Source: Patescibacteria group bacterium
GTDB lineage: Bacteria; Patescibacteriota; Minisyncoccia; UBA6257; GWB1-50-10
Length of the DNA: 59,785 nt
NCBI GenBank assembly: GCA_038065455.1
Contig: JBBTQX010000004.1
Span: 71,157-130,941, forward strand
Reading direction: 5' to 3'
The translations under genes were made by a program, and so were the position numbers. The notes under the pieces are model-generated. The model saw only the letters and a program-made list of their open reading frames with translations. It had not been told where the DNA came from and did no database searches. This document shows positions 26,936-33,488 of this stretch, piece after piece (the first letter of the stretch is position 1; every line of letters begins with the position of its first letter).

Positions 26936-27196
26936 ATGGATAAAAAACTTCTTATAGCGTTCGTGGTCGCAGTAGTGCTTCTCGCGGCGGGGTACTGGTA
27001 TTGGAAAAATACCCAATCATCGATTCCTACGGCTCCCGCTCCCGAGCAGGCGAACATCAATCAAGTTGGTGATAGCGTAAAGGCCTTGAACGACAGCGCG
27101 ACCCAGGGCGTTCTGCCTTCGATTGCCGTTCCGGATGCGAATCCCACAACCAAAACCAATCCCTTCTCCGGGTTGAAAACTAATCCATTCAGATAA
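26936..27196 (+). CDS. small membrane-anchored/secreted hypothetical protein
   Basis: MDKKLLIAFVVAVVLLAAGYWYW, a TM segment followed by a Pro/Thr-rich tail. TATAAT (26924-26929) lies 6 nt upstream of the ATG. The TTG start at 26921 in the ORF track sits inside the promoter. Confidence 0.5.
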   Translation: MDKKLLIAFVVAVVLLAAGYWYWKNTQSSIPTAPAPEQANINQVGDSVKALNDSATQGVLPSIAVPDANPTTKTNPFSGLKTNPFR

Positions 27197-27197
27197 A

Positions 27198-28985
27198 ATG
27201 AAAACCAAATATTTTTTGAGTATCGGTGTTCTTAGTTTCGGTCTTATCGTCTCCGCGTTCTTCGCCATAAACGGAGCGTCCGCTCAAACACCGATTGCAC
27301 CGGCGGTTAATCCGGCGGCGAATATTCAATATCCGATTGCGGAGCTCGGCAATTGCGCGAGTGAATCCTCCTGCCGCACCTATTGCGACGATGTCGCAAA
27401 CAGCGCCGCGTGTATCTCGTTCGCCGAAAAGAATAATCTGATGTCCAAAGACGAGGTTCGGTTGGCGAAAAATTTCGAAAAATCGGGAAAGAAAGGCCCG
27501 GGCGGTTGCACCTCGAAAGATGGTTGCGAAACATATTGCAACGATTCGGCCAATATCAACGAGTGCGTCGCTTTCGCGGAACAAAATAATTTGATGTCCA
27601 AAGACCAACTTGCGGAAGCCAAGAAGGTGCAAGCGGCGATCGCAAGCGGTGTCAAACCGCCGGCTTGTGGCGGAAAACAGGCTTGCGATAAGTATTGCAG
27701 CGACTCGACACACGTTGAAGAATGTATGGCGTTCGCAAAAGCCGCCGGTTTTATGACACCGGAAGAGGCGCAAAATTCGGATAAGGTGATTGCGGCGATA
27801 AAGAAGGGCGTGAAGCCACCGGCTTGTAGGGGTAAGGAGTGCGATAAATATTGCAGCGACTCGGCGCATACCGAAGAATGTATCGCGTTTTCCGAAGCCG
27901 CCGGCATGATGACTTCGGAACAAGCCACCGTGGCGCGGAAGACGGGCGGCAAGGGTCCCGGCGGATGCGTGGGCAAGGAACAGTGCGATGCATTTTGCAA
28001 TGACTCCGCGAATCAGGAAACCTGTTTCAGTTTCGGTAGGGATAACGGACTGATTCCTCCGGAACAGCTTCAAAAAATGGAAGAGGGAAAGAAACAATTC
28101 ACCGGTTCACTGAACCAGGCGCCGGCTCAGGTATTGACCTGCATATCCGGCGTTGTGGGGGCAGATAGTTTGGAGAAGTTCAAGACCGGTACATTAATGC
28201 CGCCGCGGGACATAGGAGACAAGATTGGAGAATGTTTCCGCCAAGGGATGCCGCCCGGCGGTCCGGGAGAGGGAGGTAATATTCCGCCGGCCGGCCAGGG
28301 TCCCGGCGATGCAAAATCGTTCCAGCCCGGGCCGGGAAATATGAATCCCGGCGGGAAGATAATGCCCCAACAATCGGGTCCGGGCGGATGCAAAACTCCG
28401 GAGGAGTGTCAATCGTTCTGTACATCCAATCCGGATGTTTGTAAAAATTTCCAACCGAGCGGGGGACCCCAACAAGGCGAAGGTGATCAAAATCAAGATA
28501 ACAGGAGAGAAATGATGCCGGGAACTCAATCCGGACAAGGACAGTCGAATCAACAAAATCAGCCCAGACAACAGCCCAATCAACCAGTCCAAAGTGGCCA
28601 AGGTGGAAGCGTGGGTCCTTGCGGTACGGGTCCGGGCACCTGTTCGGGTATAGGCCCCGATGATATAAAATCCGGTCAACCGGGACAAAACATGATGCAG
28701 CCCGGAAATTATATTCAGGGAGGGCAGGGGCAAAATCAAAATCAGTCGGGTTCATTTATGCCAAATTCGGAGCAAATGCAGCAGTTTCAAAATCAAATGC
28801 AGTCCGGCACTCAACAAGGTGGAACGCCTCCTTCGGGCAATCAGCAATTTCAGCAGCCGCAGCAGCAATTCCAGTCGCCGCCTCCGGGCGGAGGAGGAAC
28901 ACCACCGCCACCGAGTGGAGGTACGCCACCGTCGCCAGGCGGAGGCTCGCTTATCCAATCAGTTCAATCCTTCTTCGGATTTTAG
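27198..28985 (+). CDS. secreted modular Cys-rich repeat protein with a Q/N/G/P-rich low-complexity tail
   Basis: 595 aa with a signal peptide (..NGASA/QT) and six modules of C-x5-6-C-x3-C-x7-9-C (for example CTSKDGCETYCNDSANINECVAFAEQNNLMSKD). The last roughly 180 aa are Q/N/G/P-rich. Confidence 0.8.
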   Translation: MKTKYFLSIGVLSFGLIVSAFFAINGASAQTPIAPAVNPAANIQYPIAELGNCASESSCRTYCDDVANSAACISFAEKNNLMSKDEVRLAKNFEKSGKKGPGGCTSKDGCETYCNDSANINECVAFAEQNNLMSKDQLAEAKKVQAAIASGVKPPACGGKQACDKYCSDSTHVEECMAFAKAAGFMTPEEAQNSDKVIAAIKKGVKPPACRGKECDKYCSDSAHTEECIAFSEAAGMMTSEQATVARKTGGKGPGGCVGKEQCDAFCNDSANQETCFSFGRDNGLIPPEQLQKMEEGKKQFTGSLNQAPAQVLTCISGVVGADSLEKFKTGTLMPPRDIGDKIGECFRQGMPPGGPGEGGNIPPAGQGPGDAKSFQPGPGNMNPGGKIMPQQSGPGGCKTPEECQSFCTSNPDVCKNFQPSGGPQQGEGDQNQDNRREMMPGTQSGQGQSNQQNQPRQQPNQPVQSGQGGSVGPCGTGPGTCSGIGPDDIKSGQPGQNMMQPGNYIQGGQGQNQNQSGSFMPNSEQMQQFQNQMQSGTQQGGTPPSGNQQFQQPQQQFQSPPPGGGGTPPPPSGGTPPSPGGGSLIQSVQSFFGF

Positions 28986-28988
28986 AAA

Positions 28989-29483
28989 ATGGAAACGCTC
29001 TGGAGTATTTTTGAGGAGCGGAAGCGGGAAGTGGAAAAAGCCAAAGACCGCTGGTTTTATTGGTTCGTCGCGAACATCATTCTCCTTTTTCTCATCGCGG
29101 TTCTCATTTTTATCGGTCTTGCGACCGGTATGGGCTTCGCCGTTTCTTCTTGGCTGGAGTTCGGTGTGGCGCTTCCGCTCGTCTATTCGGCTATCTTCTT
29201 CCATGCCCAGCATTCCAAGGCGCGGGAGTATCTGGAGGAGTACTCATTCAAAACTCTCGTGGCGCGCTCGCTCGAGGCTTCCCGGCGGATGCTGAAAGAG
29301 GATATGGGCGGGAAGGGGGCGGACGAGGCGAAGAGGTATATGGATTTTGTCGTGGGCTCGCTCAAAGACCTTTATGTGCCGCCGAGGGAGATAATCTCGA
29401 AGCATCCGGTCAAAAATGAAGATGACGTGAAGGTGGGGGTGGTGGAAAAACTTGGTGACATTTTCAAGAAATTTATACCTTAA
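28989..29483 (+). CDS. hypothetical membrane protein (2 TM)
   Basis: 164 aa with two hydrophobic helices followed by a charged helical C-terminus. Confidence 0.55.
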   Translation: METLWSIFEERKREVEKAKDRWFYWFVANIILLFLIAVLIFIGLATGMGFAVSSWLEFGVALPLVYSAIFFHAQHSKAREYLEEYSFKTLVARSLEASRRMLKEDMGGKGADEAKRYMDFVVGSLKDLYVPPREIISKHPVKNEDDVKVGVVEKLGDIFKKFIP

Positions 29484-29580
29484 CCTCCTTTCGCTCGTCT
29501 GGCATCCCCGCTCATTGAAATAACTCAAGAAGCGATTAGTTGGCCAAGGGGGTCTATAATTTTAGTTAGATTTAACTCAC

Positions 29581-30936
29581 ATGACTCAAGAAGAAGCTCT
29601 CAATATTCTCAAAATGGGGCACAATGTTTTTCTGACCGGCCAGGCCGGGAGCGGTAAAACCTATACCCTGAACAAATACATCGAATATCTGAAAGTAAAA
29701 AATATCGGGGTGGCCGTTACGGCTTCGACCGGCGTGGCTGCCAGCCACCTGAACGGAAGGACGATCCATTCATGGTCCGGCATAAGAATTAAAGATGATA
29801 TGACCGACAAGGAAGTGAGCGATCTCTCGAAAAACAAGACATTGGGCGGAAATTTCAGGAAGGCTAAGGTTTTGATTATCGATGAGATATCCATGCTCCA
29901 TTCCTTCCGTCTCGATTTGGTTCAGAAGATATTGCGCATAGCCAAGGGAAACTTCGAGCCGTTTGGCGGTATGCAAGTGGTCCTATGCGGGGATTTTTTC
30001 CAGTTGCCGCCAGTTACCACGAACAGCGACGATCCGTCGGAATATTTCGCGTTCAAATCGCGTTCGTGGAATTCCATGAACATACGAGTCTGTTATCTCG
30101 AGAGCCAATATCGGAACATAGACCCCGTCTACTATGGAATATTGAACAAAATCAGGACTGATACGGTTGATCGGGAGGCCGTAGAAATTCTGAAGAGCCG
30201 TTATCAGAAATCGATCTTATACGATGAAATGACGCGGCTTTACACTCATAACGAAAATGTAGATGCGATCAATGACGTCGAGTTATCAAAACTGCCCGGA
30301 GAGCCGAAAACGTATTTCATGCAGAGTAGCGGCCTTCAAAAACTCGTAGCGGAGCTAAAGAGGAATTGTTTAGCGAAAGAAGAACTGTTTCTGAAAAAAA
30401 GAGCCGTGGTCATGTTCGTAAAGAACAATTTCGATAGGGGATACGTGAATGGCACCATCGGAGTCGTTGAAAGCTTCGATGAATATGGCAATCCGGTCGT
30501 TCGATCGAGGAATGGAAATGTTATCGTCGCTTTACCGGAAAGTTGGGGATTCGAGGAGGGTGGAAAAATCTTGGCGGAAATCAGCCAGGTGCCGCTTAAA
30601 TTAGCTTGGGCGATCTCCGTTCATAAAAGCCAGGGTATAAGCTTGGATGCCGCAGAAGTCGATTTATCCAGAGCATTTGAACCAGGAATGGGATATGTGG
30701 CTCTATCGCGCATACGCACCCTGGATGGACTCCGCCTTATGGGCTTGAATGACGTTGCCTTAAAAATCAACGCCGAAGTTTTGGAATTTGATAAAGAGCT
30801 GGTCGAATTATCCGAGAAAGAGGCGCGAACAGTGCGAAGCATGTTATTGAAGGAAATAGAAGATATGCAAAACTCGTTCATAAGCAAGATTAATCCCGAT
30901 TCGGTAGGAATGTCGGAGCAATCCGGTCGCGTCTAA
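29581..30936 (+). CDS. PIF1/RecD-like superfamily 1 DNA helicase
   Basis: 451 aa with Walker A GQAGSGKTYTL, Walker B VLIIDEISML and the PIF1-type LCGDFFQLPPV motif. Confidence 0.85.
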   Translation: MTQEEALNILKMGHNVFLTGQAGSGKTYTLNKYIEYLKVKNIGVAVTASTGVAASHLNGRTIHSWSGIRIKDDMTDKEVSDLSKNKTLGGNFRKAKVLIIDEISMLHSFRLDLVQKILRIAKGNFEPFGGMQVVLCGDFFQLPPVTTNSDDPSEYFAFKSRSWNSMNIRVCYLESQYRNIDPVYYGILNKIRTDTVDREAVEILKSRYQKSILYDEMTRLYTHNENVDAINDVELSKLPGEPKTYFMQSSGLQKLVAELKRNCLAKEELFLKKRAVVMFVKNNFDRGYVNGTIGVVESFDEYGNPVVRSRNGNVIVALPESWGFEEGGKILAEISQVPLKLAWAISVHKSQGISLDAAEVDLSRAFEPGMGYVALSRIRTLDGLRLMGLNDVALKINAEVLEFDKELVELSEKEARTVRSMLLKEIEDMQNSFISKINPDSVGMSEQSGRV

Positions 30937-30979
30937 AAAAGCTTGGTTTGATAGAATAAGTTTTTGGTATAATAAATAT

Positions 30980-31258
30980 ATGGCAGTCATCCATAAAAAA
31001 TGCTGGCCGGAGATGTTCGAAAAGTTCAATTCGAGCGAACGGACCATCGATTCGCGATTGGCCGACTTTGAGCTCAAAAACGGCGATATCCTGGTTTTCG
31101 AGGAATACGACCCCGGGAGAATGGAATACACCGGCCGGGAAGCGTCGTTCGAGTGCAAAAAAGTGGAGCGTTCGGTCCGCGACCCGTTGCTTTTCTATAA
31201 GCCCGAGGACATCTCCAGATACGGATTTTGGAATATTGAGCTGGAAAAGAAAAATTAA
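30980..31258 (+). CDS. ASCH/DUF3850-like domain protein
   Basis: 92 aa with the pattern H-K-x-W-P-x-x-F...GDILVFEEYD...YTGRE. TGgTATAAT (30965-30973) lies 6 nt upstream of the ATG. Confidence 0.6.
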   Translation: MAVIHKKCWPEMFEKFNSSERTIDSRLADFELKNGDILVFEEYDPGRMEYTGREASFECKKVERSVRDPLLFYKPEDISRYGFWNIELEKKN

Positions 31259-31261
31259 TTT

Positions 31262-31399
31262 ATGAAGACTCAGATGAAACTTTGTCGGCGGGGGCACAAA
31301 TACATGGCCGGCAGTTCCCATTGCCCGATTTGCTGGCCAGGAAAGGAGGCAAATAAAAAATTGGGAACCCTGAAGAAAAAGAGAAAAGCCAAGAAATAA
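31262..31399 (+). CDS. possible small zinc-ribbon protein (45 aa)
   Basis: Hand translation gives MKTQMKLCRRGHKYMAGSSHCPICWPGKEANKKLGTLKKKRKAKK, with a C-x3-H...C-P-x-C motif and a basic tail. It is below the ORF-track cutoff. Confidence 0.35.
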   Translation: MKTQMKLCRRGHKYMAGSSHCPICWPGKEANKKLGTLKKKRKAKK

Positions 31400-32095
31400 T
31401 CAGCTTGCCTGGTGCAGTTCCGGCTCGCCATTCGTGATTGTAACGTAGCTTGACGGTATATCCGTCCAACAGCCGGTGTTGAAGTATTTTATTCCGCCCA
31501 GAGTCCAATGGAGTGCTTTGTGCGTATGACCGCAGAAAACGTAATCCGCACTTTTTCTTTTCCCCATCTTCACGGCACCCTCCGCCACATCTTTCGAAAC
31601 CCTTAACCATCCTTTGCTGACGCGCTTGATGTAGTGGCTCAAGCGCTGTTTCTTGGTATCCAGTTTTTGAATAATCTTGTACAGTGTGGCGGCCATATTG
31701 CTTATAATCCGATTTTGAATGAGGAAGTAGTCGAATTGGTGGCCATGGATGGCAAAAAAACTTCGATTATTCTCCTCCCAATAAAAATTCTGTCTTACCT
31801 CCGAGCCAATGAGGTATTTCATAACATCTACCAGAAGCTCGTCGTGATTGCCGACAATCCAGATTACCTCAACTCTCTTTTTCCGGTTAGTCAAAAGACG
31901 AATATACGAAAGAAGTTCCCAGTGTTCCCGCGAAAGGCGCTGGAAATTGAGATCGTCGAAAATGTCGCCCAAGAGGATTAAGCGCCCAAAAGAATGTTTT
32001 TTCAAGGTGGCGAGGGCCGCTTCCGGCCGGCTGACTTCGGAGCCGAGATGGATATCGGACATTATAAACGTATCCACTACCCTTCGTTTTAACAT
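31400..32095 (-). CDS. calcineurin-like metallophosphoesterase (LpxH-family-like)
   Basis: 231 aa with DIHLG, LGDIFD, GNHD, HGH and GHTH motifs. Confidence 0.8.
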   Translation of the reverse strand: MLKRRVVDTFIMSDIHLGSEVSRPEAALATLKKHSFGRLILLGDIFDDLNFQRLSREHWELLSYIRLLTNRKKRVEVIWIVGNHDELLVDVMKYLIGSEVRQNFYWEENNRSFFAIHGHQFDYFLIQNRIISNMAATLYKIIQKLDTKKQRLSHYIKRVSKGWLRVSKDVAEGAVKMGKRKSADYVFCGHTHKALHWTLGGIKYFNTGCWTDIPSSYVTITNGEPELHQAS

Positions 32096-32119
32096 CCTTA
32101 AAATTATATAATTAATCCC

Positions 32120-33031
32120 GTGATCAAGATACGGAAGAATGTCAGACTCGCGCCCTTGTCCACTTTTTGCATCGGGGGGCGGGCGGAGTATTTTTGTTCG
32201 GTCGGAAAGCCTAATGAACTCGTAAAGGCCATCGGTCTCGCGAAAAAACTGAAACTGCCCTACAAGATTTTTGCCGGCGGGAGCAATGTGGTTTTTCCGG
32301 ATGGAATTCTGAAAGGGCTCCTAATCCGTTTTTCCGGCGGGTGGCTTACACGGAAAGGGAATATCATCGTGGCGGATGGCGGGGTGAGTCTGGCGAGGGT
32401 TATCTCGAGTTCTATCGGCTGGGGATTGAAGGGATTGGAAACCCTGTCAGGCATTCCCGGCACATTGGGCGGAGCGGTCGCGGGAAACGCCGGCGCCTAC
32501 GGCCACTCCATTTCCGAAATCGTAAGGCGAGTGGAGATCTGGGATGGCAAAGAAAAACATTGGATTCGGAAATCAAATTGCAATTTCGGCTATCGCGACA
32601 GCATTTTCAAACATAAAAATATTCTGGTTTTGCGGGCGGAGCTTATTTTCAAAAAGGGGAAGAAAAAAGAATTGAAGAAAATATCCCGAGAGATTATCAA
32701 AACAAGGGAAAAGAAATATCAGCCCGGCTTGAGATGCCCCGGCAGTTTTTTCAAAAATGTGCTGATGGAAAATATCTCCGAAAAATCTCTGGAATCAATT
32801 GATAAAAAGAAAATCATCGAAGGAAAAATTCCCGCCGGTTATCTTTTGGAGGAGGCGGGCGCGAAGGGGATGAAGCTGGGTGGGGTGAGAATCGCGAATT
32901 TCCACGGCAATTTACTTATTAATTCCGGCCGGGCCAAGGCGAAAGAGGTCAAAAAAATGGCTGCCATCCTGAAGCGGAAGGTTCATAAGAAATTTGGCAT
33001 AGAGTTGGAAGAGGAGGTCAGATACTTCTGA
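32120..33031 (+). CDS. murB: UDP-N-acetylenolpyruvoylglucosamine reductase
   Basis: 303 aa with a GTG start, an FAD-binding domain (AGGSNVVF) and a MurB C-terminal domain. Confidence 0.9.
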   Translation: MIKIRKNVRLAPLSTFCIGGRAEYFCSVGKPNELVKAIGLAKKLKLPYKIFAGGSNVVFPDGILKGLLIRFSGGWLTRKGNIIVADGGVSLARVISSSIGWGLKGLETLSGIPGTLGGAVAGNAGAYGHSISEIVRRVEIWDGKEKHWIRKSNCNFGYRDSIFKHKNILVLRAELIFKKGKKKELKKISREIIKTREKKYQPGLRCPGSFFKNVLMENISEKSLESIDKKKIIEGKIPAGYLLEEAGAKGMKLGGVRIANFHGNLLINSGRAKAKEVKKMAAILKRKVHKKFGIELEEEVRYF

Positions 33032-33130
33032 TAATTCCGCCTAATACTGTTGAAAAGTTAGAAATTATGCGGGTTAGGCACTATAACCCAGCACTACAAC
33101 GAAGTTGTAGTACTGGGTATAATAAGACCA

Positions 33131-33469
33131 ATGGCCTTAGCTTATCTAATCCAAAGATTTTTCTTCCGCGTGGTTGAATTTCTCCGCCACTGGTACATAA
33201 AAAGCTTCAAAATTTATTCGAATTTCGTCTTCGACCAGCTCCAAAAAATGGACCGGACGCTGGCTTGGCGTGTGAATGTGAGATATCTCTTTCAGCCGCT
33301 CTATAAGGACTACTCCATAATCGGCTATGTTTTGGGCTTTATTTTGAGAATTGGGCGGCTTTTGGGAATAAGTATCATTTATCTGGTTGTTTTTCTATTC
33401 GTCATTGTTGCTTATGTTATTTGGCTCATGATACCGATTGCGATAGTCTTGAGGATTTTTTATTTCTAA
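33131..33469 (+). CDS. small hypothetical membrane protein
   Basis: 112 aa with two C-terminal TM helices. TATAAT (33118-33123) lies 7 nt upstream of the ATG. Confidence 0.5.
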   Translation: MALAYLIQRFFFRVVEFLRHWYIKSFKIYSNFVFDQLQKMDRTLAWRVNVRYLFQPLYKDYSIIGYVLGFILRIGRLLGISIIYLVVFLFVIVAYVIWLMIPIAIVLRIFYF

Positions 33470-33488
33470 ACAATATGATTCAAATACT

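Noticed and set aside
26452-27060. 202-aa minus-strand ORF
   Set aside because: It runs antisense through tRNA-Arg, its duplicated fragments and the start of a plus-strand gene. It shows no coding-like composition and is a chance ORF.
27189-28097. Long minus-strand ORFs (302, 206, 80 and 75 aa) opposite the Cys-rich repeat gene
   Set aside because: They are antisense shadows of a repetitive GC-rich coding region, and the products are Arg/Cys/His-rich nonsense. The plus-strand gene has a signal peptide and an ordered repeat structure.
27340-28450. DNA-level tandem repeats as a possible CRISPR array or satellite
   Set aside because: The periodicity reflects the protein module repeats inside a continuous ORF. 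The units are divergent and there is no spacer/repeat organisation.
31400-32095. LpxH-like gene as evidence for lipid A synthesis
   Set aside because: Only the generic calcineurin-like phosphoesterase motifs are present and there are no other lpx genes. I therefore call it a family-level metallophosphoesterase.
33089-33117. Hairpin CCCAGCACTACAAC-gaa-GTTGTAGTACTGGG as a further member of the leader-element family
   Set aside because: It shares only a loose resemblance (CCAG...GTAGTA). The clamp sequence and strand arrangement differ and there is no interior. It is more simply a murB 3' hairpin next to the next gene's -10 box.
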